Shown piece after piece: positions 50,155-64,000 of a DNA stretch of 64,000 bases (position 1 is its first letter; each line of letters starts with the position of its first letter). The position numbers and the translations under genes are program-made. The stretch is from Escherichia coli. GTDB lineage: Bacteria > Pseudomonadota > Gammaproteobacteria > Enterobacterales > Enterobacteriaceae. The stretch lies in assembly GCF_024700885.2 (NCBI RefSeq), contig NZ_CP117016.1; one strand, written 5' to 3'. Under the pieces are notes generated by a model that worked only from the letters and a program-made list of their open reading frames with translations, was not told where the DNA came from and did not search any database.

Positions 50155-51766
50155 GAATTTCTCCTGAAGCGCTGACTTCGCCAAACCAGCCGTTATCATC
50201 TACCGTACGCAGCGAAATGGCGTTATCCATTGGAATCGAAAATTTGACAGTGGTCTTATCCATCTGCCCCACTTCGCCAGAGATATCAGTCCACGGTGTA
50301 GTCAGCCACAGCGCATCGGTCATATCCCGCCAGCTATCATCGCACCCGGCATCGTAGGTTTTTGTAGCTCCGTTGCGGGTAATAAAGGAAAGCGTCGCCG
50401 GGAACGGTACTTTCGCCTTACCGTCATCGGAGCTGAAGACACAATAGGAGCGCCCGCCAATCACCTGCGCGGGTCCGGTCACCTTGATCAGCACTTCGTC
50501 GGCAGCTGTTTTACCGCTGGTGGTTACGATATAGCCGAAATCGAGTGCCGACTCGCCGCTGCCGACATATCCCTCCCGCGACGGTGTCTGAGTATATTCA
50601 TCGGAGATAATACTGATGCTGAAATCACGGGGTTTGATAATCAGCGTGTTGGAGGTAGAAAATTCATACCAGCCAGACTCCGGTGATGTCGTGTTCTGAA
50701 AGCGAAAGTTGAATAGATCTTTGGTGTTGATATCGCTGATCCCGAGGTTCACCATCTGCTTAAAGAAGTTGCTCGAGAAGAAAACATAGATCGAGTCTGC
50801 GCTCTTCATCTCGTTGAAGGTGTAGTAATAGGCAGTATTGCTCACCGGTTTCCATGAACTGCCATTCAGACTGAACTGCATATCGTACGCCCCGACGGCC
50901 GAGGCTAACGACGAGTTGGCGATCGCCGGGAATATATGGATTGAGATGTTGCTGAGTCCGTTTGTTTGCAGGGTGTAGTTGACCATCTTACAACTTAATC
51001 CTGAAAGGCTGCCGATGGTTTGCGTCCGGCAGTCGGCGTTCCCTTCGCCCAGAGTCGGTACTCCGTCGCTGTTGATAAATACCTCCGCCAGCGAGTGGGT
51101 ATTTATTAACCGCAGATTTGCTGCTTTCGTATGGGTGACATTGCGAACATACCAGTTGCCGGAGGCCTGATCCTTACAACGCGCGCCGCTGCTGGCGTCA
51201 TAGTTCACAGAGGTCTGACAGGCATTGATGGTCATTGTAAAGCTGCTGCCGACGGGCATTTGTTGCATATACTGGTAAAACGCGTCTGACAACATGCCGT
51301 GCATCCACTTCGCGCCGCCGCTGGTCACCGTCGCGCCATAAAATCCACTGGCGTCGGTGGTTTGCGGCAGGATAAGACTGGTGGTCATATTACACCCTGC
51401 GTACCAGTTGATGCAGCGCAAGCCAGTTAAAGGAGATGAAACTGGTGAATTTTCCAGCCACATATCAAACTTCCAGTTGGTATAAAGGCCGGTGTTGTAA
51501 CCGTTATCAATGTAGCCGAGGCTTTGCTGATAGATGGTTCCTGAACCATTGTATTTTAAACCGGTCCAGCGGTTGGCACCGGTCAGGCGCGGATCCAGCG
51601 CCCCGCCAGGCGTGACGAAAAAGTTGTCGTCTGAGTTGTTTTCGACAAACACAAACTCGCTTGCCGGTGCATCCGCCCAGGTTGTTTTGCTCACTGCAGC
51701 TCTGAGCGCGGTTGCAGGCCAGATTAGCGCAAATATTATCATCGCTATCAGTAGGTTAACTCTCAT
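50123..51766 (-). CDS. ecpD: E. coli common pilus tip adhesin EcpD
   Basis: 547 aa with signal peptide; operon position after the usher. Confidence 0.85.
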   Translation of the reverse strand: MRVNLLIAMIIFALIWPATALRAAVSKTTWADAPASEFVFVENNSDDNFFVTPGGALDPRLTGANRWTGLKYNGSGTIYQQSLGYIDNGYNTGLYTNWKFDMWLENSPVSSPLTGLRCINWYAGCNMTTSLILPQTTDASGFYGATVTSGGAKWMHGMLSDAFYQYMQQMPVGSSFTMTINACQTSVNYDASSGARCKDQASGNWYVRNVTHTKAANLRLINTHSLAEVFINSDGVPTLGEGNADCRTQTIGSLSGLSCKMVNYTLQTNGLSNISIHIFPAIANSSLASAVGAYDMQFSLNGSSWKPVSNTAYYYTFNEMKSADSIYVFFSSNFFKQMVNLGISDINTKDLFNFRFQNTTSPESGWYEFSTSNTLIIKPRDFSISIISDEYTQTPSREGYVGSGESALDFGYIVTTSGKTAADEVLIKVTGPAQVIGGRSYCVFSSDDGKAKVPFPATLSFITRNGATKTYDAGCDDSWRDMTDALWLTTPWTDISGEVGQMDKTTVKFSIPMDNAISLRTVDDNGWFGEVSASGEIHVQATWRNIN

Positions 51767-54281
51767 TCTCTTCTCCTGTCTGCGTCACCGCCGCCCACGA
51801 TGAGAGGCCGCTGCAGACCACATCACCGACCCAGACGGCACCGCGCGCCTGGCTGAGTTCCAGTGCCACTTCGCAGGTTTTATTGCCACTGTAGCGAAAA
51901 TCGATAGTGGGGTATTTCTTATCCACGTCCATGACAAACTCGCCGTTTTCATCGGTTCGGGTTCGGCCGATATGGTTGTTAATCCGTGCGTTAGCCAGCA
52001 GTGTGCCGTCTTCCGCACGGATACGACCGGAGACGGTAACCATCTGCTTCACCTCTGGCTCAATGACAGCGACATTGCCTGGATAGAGAGTCAGATGACT
52101 TTTGCGACCGCTGACGATATCGTAACTGTCGAGTGAGTTTTTGCTGTTCTGTAACTCCACCTCATATCTTCCATAGGGAGAGAGCGGGAGATAGTTACGC
52201 TTGCCGTTAAGCGGGAAAATCCGCCCGTTGATTTTGGCGCTGATCTGACCGTCGTCCTCCAGCCCGGTGTTGAATATCACCCCAGCGTTGCCATCAGTCC
52301 GCCCGCTGGCAGCAATGTTTTTACCCTGCCAGCCGACGCTGCCATTGGCGGTCAAGTTGGTATTGACGTAGCCGTCCGCCGCGCTATTGATGTTCAGCGT
52401 TCCGCTGGCGTAACGAGCGTCGAACTGTGCATACGCTCCACCGCTGAGGGTTTTGTCATCACCGGTATCGCCGGAGATGGCTCGTGACAGATTGGCACCA
52501 ACAGTGCGAATGGTCCCTTCATCAAACTGCTTGCGTGCTGACAGGTTTGCCATGGTGTAGCCGTTTTGATGGGTCATCCCTGCGCTAAACCAGTTGCCCA
52601 GTGGTAGCGAGAGATCGAGAGCGATATATTTTCCTGTATTGGCGCTGCTGTCGCCGTTGTTATAGCGCTGAATACCGGCCCGCAGGCCAAGCGTACCAAA
52701 GGTACCGCTGTAGACACTTTGATAGTAATCTGCCGTGTAATAATGGCTGTTGTAACGGCGGTCATCATTGTAGCTGATGCTGAATGTGCCCAGCTTCGAC
52801 CACAGTGAGTTCAGGTTGAGTGTGCCGCCGATAGCACGGTTGTCGGCATCGCTACGTCGCAATTGATTGCCAATGCGGGTTTTTTCCTGATTAACCCACA
52901 GCGAACTAAAGCCTCCCGGTAGAGTGGCGCTGATGCTGCCGATGCTGCTCCATGAGCTGTCACTGGCCAGCATATTTTGCAGGTTAACGTTGATCGCTCC
53001 CCCAAGCGGCAGCGTCAGACGGGTTTCACCCACCGCCTGATTATCGTATCCATATCCCGTTGCCGCCCAGCTAAGCGTACTCAGTGAGCCGGAGGTCGAG
53101 GCACCTGCCAGCCAACTCTCTTTGGCTGGTCGCGTCTTTTTCCCGTTTTCCGACCAGCGATCCATATGAAAGCTACCGCCCCATATCTGCCACGCCAGTG
53201 GTGCACCGACGCCGCGCCCCCGGCTAAACAGCTTATTGACCCGTTGAGTGCGTTTGCTGATCACGCGACCGTTAACGATGACCTCAACTTCCACATCGTA
53301 AATACCGTACGGTAGACCCCGGGTATCCACTTCATGATTGCCCATGGTGAAGTTCTGAACGCTTAGTAGCCGCCCATCACGGGTGAGATGTACTTCGCCC
53401 GCCGCCGGTAAAAAGGCGATCACTGGCGTGGCTGACTGGCTGCTGTCGAAGATGGTGGAGCTGGCCTGGTTTCCCCAGGAAAGGCCGTAAATCTTCCCTG
53501 CTGAAATGGCGGTCATCGGCCCTAAGGACTGCAAGTTCCAGGTGTCGAGCATTCCACCGGCAAATCGGTGACCGGCAAAATCGCGTTCATACATCGCTTT
53601 ATATAATTCACTGTCCTGTTGACCGCTACCGATCCCGTACAGCGAGCCGTCGAGCACCACGTGATGTTCGCGCAGTGCAGTAACGTTATTCAGCGACAGA
53701 TAGCTGGATGTGTTGCTCCCGCCGTTACGCAACTGGTTGTTATAGACGCCGAAGTTATAGCTCAGATTACTGCTGAGGGTGTTAACACTGGACTGCCCGA
53801 TGTCTTCGCTACGTGAGCGTAGTACGGTGCCCAGCGCTTCGCGCTTGACCACTAGCTGCAGCAGCAGTTGGCGCAAGCTGAGATCCAGCTGCGCGTTGTC
53901 AGTCAGGGGGATGGTAAGGGCCTCATTGAACGGGGCGTTCGCCAGAGCCATCAGCTGCTGTCGAGTTTGTTCGCTGACACTGGCGTTATCTTCACTCTCT
54001 TCCAGCTGTATTTTCCGGATGCGTAGCTGTCCATCATCCAGCCAGATAAAAGCGCTGCCGATTCGCTGATCGTCCTGGCGACCCTGGCTACCGGCGAGAT
54101 GAATATAAAGCGGGACGCTCATGCCGTCCTGGAGCGCCTGACTGAAGGCCTGCGGAATAATCACCCCACCTATTTGCTGCGCACTTATGTCAGCAGCGCT
54201 GGCATCGGGCTGAACGAACAAAAAGACCATGCCGAAGGCAAACTGGGCTTTCAGTCCTGGGGAGAACCGTCGTAAAGGCAT
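51756..54281 (-). CDS. ecpC: E. coli common pilus outer-membrane usher EcpC
   Basis: 841-aa beta-barrel usher-size protein with signal peptide. Confidence 0.9.
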   Translation of the reverse strand: MPLRRFSPGLKAQFAFGMVFLFVQPDASAADISAQQIGGVIIPQAFSQALQDGMSVPLYIHLAGSQGRQDDQRIGSAFIWLDDGQLRIRKIQLEESEDNASVSEQTRQQLMALANAPFNEALTIPLTDNAQLDLSLRQLLLQLVVKREALGTVLRSRSEDIGQSSVNTLSSNLSYNFGVYNNQLRNGGSNTSSYLSLNNVTALREHHVVLDGSLYGIGSGQQDSELYKAMYERDFAGHRFAGGMLDTWNLQSLGPMTAISAGKIYGLSWGNQASSTIFDSSQSATPVIAFLPAAGEVHLTRDGRLLSVQNFTMGNHEVDTRGLPYGIYDVEVEVIVNGRVISKRTQRVNKLFSRGRGVGAPLAWQIWGGSFHMDRWSENGKKTRPAKESWLAGASTSGSLSTLSWAATGYGYDNQAVGETRLTLPLGGAINVNLQNMLASDSSWSSIGSISATLPGGFSSLWVNQEKTRIGNQLRRSDADNRAIGGTLNLNSLWSKLGTFSISYNDDRRYNSHYYTADYYQSVYSGTFGTLGLRAGIQRYNNGDSSANTGKYIALDLSLPLGNWFSAGMTHQNGYTMANLSARKQFDEGTIRTVGANLSRAISGDTGDDKTLSGGAYAQFDARYASGTLNINSAADGYVNTNLTANGSVGWQGKNIAASGRTDGNAGVIFNTGLEDDGQISAKINGRIFPLNGKRNYLPLSPYGRYEVELQNSKNSLDSYDIVSGRKSHLTLYPGNVAVIEPEVKQMVTVSGRIRAEDGTLLANARINNHIGRTRTDENGEFVMDVDKKYPTIDFRYSGNKTCEVALELSQARGAVWVGDVVCSGLSSWAAVTQTGEENES

Positions 54282-54306
54282 TGTCGTTATCCATCTGCAC
54301 AGCTAT

Positions 54307-54975
54307 CTATTTCACGGGAATGAACTTATCACCCTGCCAAAGTGCAACCCGTCCTTTGTTATCCGCCGTGTCCACGCGGGTAAAACGACGCGACTTGCCC
54401 GGCATCAGGTAGTAATTCTCTTTACACTCCTTACCATTGGCGGCTTTCAGGCAGGGGCCGTAGGCGAGGATCCGCAGCGTCGCATTTCCTGTATTTGTCA
54501 GGGAGCCGTTGGCGTACTGAAAGCGGTAGTTCGCCTGGCGGGGGGCGACGACCAGAATGGTGCCGATGCGGGCGGAAGCAGTGGCTACAGCGCTGCGGTT
54601 GGCATTATCGCGCTGCGCATCACTGAGGGCCTGATCGAACCAGACAATGCGGTAATAGCGCTCTTTCTCATCTACTGGTCCCTTATAGAAGAAGCGGATC
54701 ACTTCGCTGGCTTGGGCGGGTAGCAGCAAGCTAGCGGGAGTGAGTAGCAACTCATCCGGCTTGTCCATTGAGATAACCTGCCCGTCGTCAAGCGGTGAAG
54801 AGAGCCGTTCGAGACGGATATTGATGAGGCGGCCACTGTCGGTACTGTTTTGGATCGTTTTGCTCAGCGTGCTGCTGTCACTGTTCATAAACGATGATAT
54901 ATCGCCGACATCCAGCGCCTGGGCCGGAGATATTCCGGAAAACAGCAGAGCGAGAGGCAGAAGGTGCTTTTTCAT
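54307..54975 (-). CDS. ecpB: E. coli common pilus periplasmic chaperone EcpB
   Basis: 222 aa with signal peptide [20 protein letters not shown]. Confidence 0.88.
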   Translation of the reverse strand: MKKHLLPLALLFSGISPAQALDVGDISSFMNSDSSTLSKTIQNSTDSGRLINIRLERLSSPLDDGQVISMDKPDELLLTPASLLLPAQASEVIRFFYKGPVDEKERYYRIVWFDQALSDAQRDNANRSAVATASARIGTILVVAPRQANYRFQYANGSLTNTGNATLRILAYGPCLKAANGKECKENYYLMPGKSRRFTRVDTADNKGRVALWQGDKFIPVK

Positions 54976-55032
54976 AACAATTCCGTCCAGGAATAAAGCA
55001 GGGGGGCTACCCCTGCTGGTACATCAGAGAGA

Positions 55033-55620
55033 TTAACTGGTCCAGGTCGCGTCGAACTGTACGCTAACGTCGCCGCTCCAGATGCCTTCCGGTAGAGTGC
55101 TGTAATCGGTTACTGCGGTGGTACCATTGGTGGTGCCGCTGATGATGGTGAAGGTGAAACCATCCTGTGCGGTGGTACGATTGCTGGCATTGTAACCGTT
55201 AGCCAGCGGGCTAAGGTTGCCGCCCAGTACGCCGTTGGCGGTATCGATCATCACGGTATCGCCAGTTTTTTCGACTGCCGCGCCGTTATAATCCACGCCC
55301 ACATTCAGTGTGGAACCTGAGGTATCCAACTGGGTTAATGTGTTGGTGATAAGACGTGAGGTCAGTTTAAAGGCGGTAGCCGTTGAGTCACCTTCGATAG
55401 CCACGTCAAATAGACCTTTCTGTGAGTTAAAACCTTTAATGCCTTCGGCATACTGGAACGCCAGGCTACCGAGTGGCGTCACAACCAGCTTACTGGTGGT
55501 GTCTTTTTTGGCTGTTGCTGACCAGGTCGCTACAGCCTGAGCTGTTACGTCAGCAGCCTGCGCCACACCCATGCCGGTAAACACCGTTACCAGAGCTATT
55601 GCCAGAACCTTTTTTTTCAT
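55033..55620 (-). CDS. ecpA: E. coli common pilus (Mat fimbria) major subunit EcpA
   Basis: 195 aa; signal peptide [22 protein letters not shown] followed by pilin domain. Confidence 0.9.
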   Translation of the reverse strand: MKKKVLAIALVTVFTGMGVAQAADVTAQAVATWSATAKKDTTSKLVVTPLGSLAFQYAEGIKGFNSQKGLFDVAIEGDSTATAFKLTSRLITNTLTQLDTSGSTLNVGVDYNGAAVEKTGDTVMIDTANGVLGGNLSPLANGYNASNRTTAQDGFTFTIISGTTNGTTAVTDYSTLPEGIWSGDVSVQFDATWTS

Positions 55621-55693
55621 TGCTTTTCTTCCCGAGTTGAATTGAGGACATGAAGTCCCGGTGAGTCATTTTTAAAACTAACTTGCCTGGAGT

Positions 55694-56305
<612 letters not shown>

Positions 56306-57319
56306 TTACAGGTGCATTCAGTTTCCTTAGTAAACCGGAGGTAAATAAGATACGTAGTACATATCAATAAAGGTTAAACGAGATTAAGTTTAATTATTTT
56401 CGATTGGGCTTAAATTTATGTTTTTTTCCCGATGAGTGTCAATATGTGAACGGAAAAGGAATTCAATGGTTAAGTCAATATTTAGAAAAACTGAAAATAT
56501 TGCTTTTTTGATAAGAAGAAAAAGACATTTAGTTTCATAAGGTTATTGGCAATATAACGTTCATTTCTTACTTGCATTTTATATTGGTCAGGAACTTTGC
56601 CCTGAAGTGTTAGGAATAGTCTTAATGCGCTGTGTGATGGACTAGTAAAAAAACAAGTTTTAAGGGTAAGGGATAGAATATAAAACTATTATGAGCTGTC
56701 ATTGAAGATGATTTGCCAATCAGTAAGATATTTTAATGGATTAACATGCCGCACAAAATGGTTATAGGTGTTCATTACAATAAGTGATGGAAAATTGAAC
56801 GGGTATAAGTACGTCATCTGTTCGGTAAGTCCCCCAAGAGCCAAATTAAGTGAAGTTAAACGAAGGCTGCCAGCTGTCACAGGAACGATGGCCTCTTTGT
56901 CAGGGCACTGCATTCAGTCATCTGTGCGCATTACTCTAACTGGCACTCGAACGTCAGCGACGGGGTTACCGGTGGATCAGGCTGTTCCTGTGGCGTAAAC
57001 GTTTTTATGTTAGTACCAACAGATTTACCACATTTATCATCTTAACAGTTTGAGTGAAAATGCAGGCTGCGCCGCAAAGGGAGGAGACTGATGGCGTGTT
57101 CAGTCTAAAAGAGGGTTGATGCCAGCATACAGGGGCGAAGCTGGTCAACACGTCAACATTAATATAATGGAATATTCGGAGAGAAACGTCAGGCAGTTGA
57201 CCTTAAATGAACAGGAAGATACATCCCCAGGAAAATTAATGCTGGTGTAATAAATACACCAACATTAATCCGGTCTGATTATTAATCAGACAAATATCGT
57301 TAATTCGTCGAATTTTAAA

Positions 57320-57460
57320 TCAACGTTTTTTCTTACGACCCTGAACGGCCTTAAAACGTGGATTAGATTTACAAATCACATACAGCCGTCCTTTTCGCTT
57401 CACAATCTGACAGTCTGGATGGCGTTCTTTTGCGGTACGCAGAGAGTTAAGGACTTTCAT
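57320..57460 (-). CDS. rpmJ2: 50S ribosomal protein L36 paralogue (zinc-independent type B)
   Basis: 46 aa [46 protein letters not shown]; start overlaps the rpmE2 stop; not in the ORF track (<60 aa). Confidence 0.85.
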   Translation of the reverse strand: MKVLNSLRTAKERHPDCQIVKRKGRLYVICKSNPRFKAVQGRKKKR

Positions 57461-57726
57461 CATGCCTCCTTTTTCGTGCTAACAAAACGACCAAAACGTT
57501 GGGTGAACCGTGCAACATTTCCTTCTGATGCCACTGTTCTCAGCTTCCCTGTATAGAACGGGTGCGATTTCGAAGAGACATCAATTGTTACGTACGGATA
57601 CGTTACGCCATCCAGCTCAATCTCACGGTCTGTTTTGATAGTCGAGCCGATTTTAAAGTACTCATCAACACTGGTGTCATGGAACACCACAGTACGATAC
57701 TCAGGATGGATATTGGGTTTCATCAT
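57460..57726 (-). CDS. rpmE2: 50S ribosomal protein L31 paralogue (zinc-independent type B)
   Basis: 88 aa [61 protein letters not shown]... Confidence 0.9.
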   Translation of the reverse strand: MMKPNIHPEYRTVVFHDTSVDEYFKIGSTIKTDREIELDGVTYPYVTIDVSSKSHPFYTGKLRTVASEGNVARFTQRFGRFVSTKKEA

Positions 57727-57732
57727 TTTTAC

Positions 57733-57754
57733 CGGTTATGTTATAACATAACCG
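57733..57754. promoter_or_regulatory. Zur box upstream of rpmE2-rpmJ2
   Basis: cGGTTATGTTATAACATAACCg is a perfect palindrome of the Zur operator type, immediately upstream of the rpmE2 start. Confidence 0.6.
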
Positions 57755-58087
57755 CAAAGATACATGCTCATCCGGATCATTTCAACACCCAATCCCTGTG
57801 ACTATTTGTAGGATGTGGAATTTCCGCAACGGAGAAGTCTGGTATTGTTAGCAGCCATTGGCGACGCTCTCATAAACGCCTGGATGAGTGATTGATGATG
57901 GTTTCGCTGAGAGTATGAATTTTTCGAGAATGGAGGCTATCTCCACTTTACTGGCCGATGATTTATCGCAGTTTGATTGATTACCTGACAGCGTGTATTC
58001 CTCTCCCACGGATATAATAATTACTTACAAAAAAGGGAGAGGATGCATATTTTAAATATCACTGCAGTGAACAGTTTATTGCCGTTA

Positions 58088-58189
58088 TTAATAGAAATGG
58101 AGAAATAAATAGGCGTATTCTACAATTGCGACAAAAACAACGATATTAATCAGTTTATGACTGATTTGCTGTACTTTATTCTCTTTCAT
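58088..58189 (-). CDS. ykgR: small membrane protein YkgR (33 aa)
   Basis: Minus-strand ORF MKENKVQQISHKLINIVVFVAIVEYAYLFLHFY; below the ORF-track size cut-off. Confidence 0.55.
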   Translation of the reverse strand: MKENKVQQISHKLINIVVFVAIVEYAYLFLHFY

Positions 58190-58661
58190 TGGTACTTCCT
58201 CGCTTTAAAAAAGAGTGCACTTCGTAAGTGCCCTTATATAAATAACGAGTTTGGTCAACCAATTTTTTGATATGTATCACAAATTTGAATAGATGTATTA
58301 CATCGGCTATCTTTTATTGCCCCAACGTCATTGATATATGTCGCCTGAAGTCAGTCCGGGAATGAGTCTGATCTCAAAACTGGCCCAGTCCGGGCGTTGA
58401 TTGGTGCTGAGGAGCATATCGCATCTCATCATAATGTCGTATCTCCTGGGGTGTTATACAAGATATCGTTGTTGGTGACCTGGGCGAGGAATTGAGTTCT
58501 ATTAAACCGTCAACTATGCTGGATACATACTGGATTACACTGCAGGCACGCCTTACGAGAGAACGTGCCGCAGTGACGGGTTAATTATCTGAAAGAATTT
58601 GCGAGACTGTATCGGTTACTCATTGATTTGATAGTTTTACTCTCGGGAGAGTAATAGATAT

Positions 58662-59804
58662 TTAATCTATTAACGGAAACCAGCCAGTTCCTTTCGATGC
58701 CTGAATTTGATCCCATAGTTTATCCGGAATGGTTAATTCAGGAACAAGTTGTGGATTAAGGGTTGTTTGAATTTCATGGCCTCTACCTGATTCAGCTAAA
58801 GTCACCCATTCTGGATTTATCACCAGCCCTTTACCGATCGCAACAAGTGGCAGGCCAGTGGAAATTGCTTCTTGAGCCTGAGACGGTGTGCGTATTTTAC
58901 CTGCAGCGATTACCGGCACTCTGCCTGCAATATGATTTAAAATCAATTCAATAGTTCGGGGGCCATTTGGCGACTCAACAGGGTAGCTATCGTTAATACT
59001 GACCAGCGAGGTATGTATATACGAAATACCGGATGAAATGAGCCGATCAAGGAGTTTATAAGTATCCTCTATCCGCAGCCCCCCTGTTACAGATTCTTCA
59101 GGAGATATTCTGTAACCGATAGCAAAGGGCTTTGTCGCATATTCATAGACTACATTTTTTACTTCCTGTAATACGGCCAGCGGGAAGCGCATACGTCCTT
59201 CAAGATCTCCTCCCCATCGGTCATTACGCTGGTTAAATAGAGGGGAGAAGAAATTCTGCAGAAGGAATCCGTGCGCACCATGAAGTTCAACGCCATCAAA
59301 ACCTGCTTTAATCGCCCTTTTTGTGACATCTCCGAATGCTCTAATGGTTTCCTGAATTTCGTTTTCAGTCATTTCCCTGCTTTGTACCACTCTCTTCATA
59401 AAGTCACCAGATTTTACGCTTGATGCGCTGGCACTAATAACATCGTTATTTGGTACAAGCTCCGGGATGGCTTTATTACCGGCGTGGAAAATCTGCAAAA
59501 TAGCCGGAGCCCCCCCACTTTGGGCTGCCGCTGCTAACTTTTCAAGGCTGTTAATGAAACGGTCGTCATATGCGGCAAATTCATGAGTAAACCCAATGCC
59601 GCTTGGCGTGACATAGGTACATCCTGTTATTACTAAACCAACATTTTGTGAGCGGCGTTTATAAAATTCGAGTTCTTGCTCAGAGATGGTTCCATCAGGA
59701 TTCGCTGACCAGGTCGTCATAGGGGCCATAACGATACGATTACGTAGCTTTATTTTTTCTGTCAGCATAAAAGGAGAAAACAATGATGGGTGTTTATTTG
59801 TCAT
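58662..59804 (-). CDS. NADH:flavin oxidoreductase (Old Yellow Enzyme family)
   Basis: 380 aa TIM-barrel OYE-like sequence (PMTTWSANPDG..., HGAHGFLLQNFFSPLFNQRNDRWGG). Confidence 0.85.
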   Translation of the reverse strand: MTNKHPSLFSPFMLTEKIKLRNRIVMAPMTTWSANPDGTISEQELEFYKRRSQNVGLVITGCTYVTPSGIGFTHEFAAYDDRFINSLEKLAAAAQSGGAPAILQIFHAGNKAIPELVPNNDVISASASSVKSGDFMKRVVQSREMTENEIQETIRAFGDVTKRAIKAGFDGVELHGAHGFLLQNFFSPLFNQRNDRWGGDLEGRMRFPLAVLQEVKNVVYEYATKPFAIGYRISPEESVTGGLRIEDTYKLLDRLISSGISYIHTSLVSINDSYPVESPNGPRTIELILNHIAGRVPVIAAGKIRTPSQAQEAISTGLPLVAIGKGLVINPEWVTLAESGRGHEIQTTLNPQLVPELTIPDKLWDQIQASKGTGWFPLID

Positions 59805-60048
59805 AACAATACCTCAAATGTTTATCTGATTTTGATGCGTATGTTTTAACTGGTTAGTTGTTGCCAGCTTTGGAACCAAGATTTCTGGCTTTATTTATAA
59901 TCCCTTCAAAGGGTTTCTAATAATCTTAATAATTGAGTTGCTGCTTTTTTGTTTCTTTAATGAAATTTCTTTTTGAGTAATTTTATTATTGTTGTGTAGT
60001 CAATAAAGGATAAATGTCAGGGAGATAAGGAATCTCCCTGTAAAATTA

Positions 60049-60969
60049 TTACAAATGTGTTTTATAAAAAGGAATTAATTTATCGAGTGCCTGTTTCACA
60101 GGTTCTGGCTTATCATACAGGTCGTAATGTGAATAACCTTCAACCACGACCAGCTCTTTATGTTTTGAGGCAGCGCGGCCAATAATTTCGCAGCCGTCAC
60201 GGTAGGCACCAAATGCGCCCACTCTATCGCCCACCACAACCATTATTGGTTGAGTTAACAGGACTTCTGCAAGATGAAATGCATCCCAACCCACGGCAAC
60301 AGTCTGATGTGAGAATAGCGAACGATTTACCCCATTAGGTGCACAGCCTCGTGGCGAACGATAATATTCTGTGGCTTCAAAAAGGTCTATTTCTGTTAAT
60401 CCCGCTTCAAGAGCTGCATCCGGAGAAGAGGGGAGTAAATCATCTACGCGAAGTTTTGCGCCGTTAGCTTCGTCTGTTCTTTGTTGCGCCATTGCTTCGA
60501 GTGCTCCGATAGGATTAAACGCTGTAAATCCCTCACGCATAAGACGCCCGTAGTTTGCACCCGTGACAGTACCAATAGCTTTAATTCGACGTTCTGTCAT
60601 TGCGGCATTAATGGCATATCCACCTCCACCACAAATACCCAGTACACCAATACGCCCGGCATCAACGTAAGGTAAGGTGGTAAGGTAATCAACGACAATG
60701 CTGAAGTCTTTTACTCGCATTGTTGGATCTTCCAGATAACGCGGTTCCCCACCGCTGCTTCCCTGAAAACTGGCATCAAAAGCAATGACGATAAAGCCAG
60801 CTTTTGCCAGGGCGGCACCATACACACTACCCGATGTCTGTTCTTTGCAGCTTCCAATTGGATGGGCGCTGATAATGGCAGGATACTTTTTTTCACTATT
60901 AAAATCGTCAGGGAAATAGATATCAGCAGCTATATCCCAGTAAGTGTGTTTTATCGAAACAGTTTTCAT
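60049..60969 (-). CDS. alpha/beta (dienelactone-type, Cys-nucleophile) hydrolase
   Basis: 306 aa; GICGGGG elbow and C-terminal His (YSHYDLYD); paralogue of the frameshifted gene at 40130. Confidence 0.8.
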   Translation of the reverse strand: MKTVSIKHTYWDIAADIYFPDDFNSEKKYPAIISAHPIGSCKEQTSGSVYGAALAKAGFIVIAFDASFQGSSGGEPRYLEDPTMRVKDFSIVVDYLTTLPYVDAGRIGVLGICGGGGYAINAAMTERRIKAIGTVTGANYGRLMREGFTAFNPIGALEAMAQQRTDEANGAKLRVDDLLPSSPDAALEAGLTEIDLFEATEYYRSPRGCAPNGVNRSLFSHQTVAVGWDAFHLAEVLLTQPIMVVVGDRVGAFGAYRDGCEIIGRAASKHKELVVVEGYSHYDLYDKPEPVKQALDKLIPFYKTHL

Positions 60970-61125
60970 TTCAAGCTCCGGGGATTTGCCTAAACAGATT
61001 TAAATATCATTTCTATTATCCGCAACTGGCATTCGTGTTCATATCGAGAACGGCGTAATAGTATGACTTGTATTGGTTATCATCAATGGTCTAATATCTA
61101 TCACAGTGTTAAGTTAAGGTTTACA

Positions 61126-62052
61126 ATGATGAAAATAGAGCCTTCAATTTTGCCTTCTCTTGCCTGGTTTGCGCATATTGTTCGTGCCGGCAGTTTTTCC
61201 AGAGCCGCTTCTGAAATGGGTATTACGCGGGCCGCATTGTCCCAGAATTTAAAATCTCTTGAGGAACGTCTTAACACCAAGCTGATATACCGTACGACCC
61301 GCAATATGTCGCTTACTGAGGAAGGACTGCGTCTGTATGAAGTGCTGGTGTCGGCTTTGGGGCAAATTGATGATGCTTTGAAAGATGTTGGTGATACCCA
61401 ACTTGAACCTACAGGCCTGTTGAGAATAAATTCCTCCCGTGTTGCAGCAAGGATGCTTATTGAGCCTCATATTGGCGAGTTTCTTACTCGTTACCCCAAA
61501 ACAAAGATAGAACTCATTATGGATGACGGTTTATCTAACATTATTGCGGACGGCTGTGATGTGGGCATACGTCTTGAGCAAGGACTGGATGAGCATATGA
61601 CTGCCGTTCCTGTTTCTCCGCTTATTAAACTGGTTACTGTGGCATCGCCAGATTATTTAAAAGAACACGGTATTCCTGAAACGCCTCAGGAACTGAGTAA
61701 CCATAATTGCCTTCGGTTGCGGCATAAAAGTAGCGGTGCACTCTCTGCATGGGAGTTTTCTAATGTTGCGGGCGGGAATGAAGAGTTCGAAATAGAGGTT
61801 TCAGGTAAGTATATTTCTAATGATGACGAAAGCATGATACGAATGGCGCTGAATGGAACGGGTATCATTCAACATCTGGATTTTGCAATCGCTGAACATA
61901 TCAATGCGGGCAAGTTACAGCCGATTCTTGAGGATTGGGCCGTTTCATTTCCTGGGTTTTATATATATGTTTCATCACGGGTGAGAATGCCCTCTAAAGT
62001 TCGTGCTTTTATTGATTTTATGGTGGAGAAAAGAGTAAAAATAGAAAGTTAA
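61126..62052 (+). CDS. LysR-family transcriptional regulator
   Basis: ORF 61063..62052; start trimmed to MMKIEPS; HTH FSRAASEMGITRAALSQNLKSLEERL; divergent from the hydrolase gene. Confidence 0.85.
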   Translation: MMKIEPSILPSLAWFAHIVRAGSFSRAASEMGITRAALSQNLKSLEERLNTKLIYRTTRNMSLTEEGLRLYEVLVSALGQIDDALKDVGDTQLEPTGLLRINSSRVAARMLIEPHIGEFLTRYPKTKIELIMDDGLSNIIADGCDVGIRLEQGLDEHMTAVPVSPLIKLVTVASPDYLKEHGIPETPQELSNHNCLRLRHKSSGALSAWEFSNVAGGNEEFEIEVSGKYISNDDESMIRMALNGTGIIQHLDFAIAEHINAGKLQPILEDWAVSFPGFYIYVSSRVRMPSKVRAFIDFMVEKRVKIES

Positions 62053-62134
62053 TGATGTGTGTCAGAATATCGGTAAGAAGAATGGCACAATCGTGAGGAT
62101 ACGTTTATTCATAATAAATCTCCTGAAAGTTTAG

Positions 62135-64000
<1,866 letters not shown>

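Overview
Escherichia coli-type chromosomal segment (fadE-gmhA-yaf...-dinB-pepD-gpt-frsA-crl-phoE-proBA-thrW, then pao/ecp/ykg genes). All calls are from reading the sequence and ORF translations; no database search was run. Main content: (1) housekeeping genes gmhA, yafJ/K/L, dinB-yafNOP with a LexA box, pepD, gpt, frsA, crl, phoE with a Pho box, proBA; (2) a degraded Flag-2 lateral flagellar locus: lfhA-lfhB-lfiRQPNM kept, lafK truncated by an IS1 copy with no target-site duplication, lafS-lafT-lafU kept; (3) tRNA-Thr (thrW) followed by a ~12.2 kb P4-like satellite island (integrase, AlpA, Arc-like repressor with palindromic operators, alpha-type primase/helicase, iteron cluster, Sid/Psu/Delta late module with TGT-N12-ACA dyads), ending at a degenerate attR; (4) the island's AT-rich cargo region, which holds the best candidate for a new system: a retron-like module (structured ncRNA with a 24-bp perfect stem, NDT-like effector, divergent Ec86-family reverse transcriptase) plus a convergent, stop-codon-overlapping 3-TM protein of unknown function; (5) downstream LysR regulators, a frameshifted Cys-hydrolase, MFS transporter, paoABCD, yagU, ykgJ, ecpRABCDE, Zur-box rpmE2-rpmJ2, ykgR, and a flavin oxidoreductase/hydrolase/LysR/aldo-keto reductase block. 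A second unexplained cargo gene (274 aa) is translationally coupled to the integrase.
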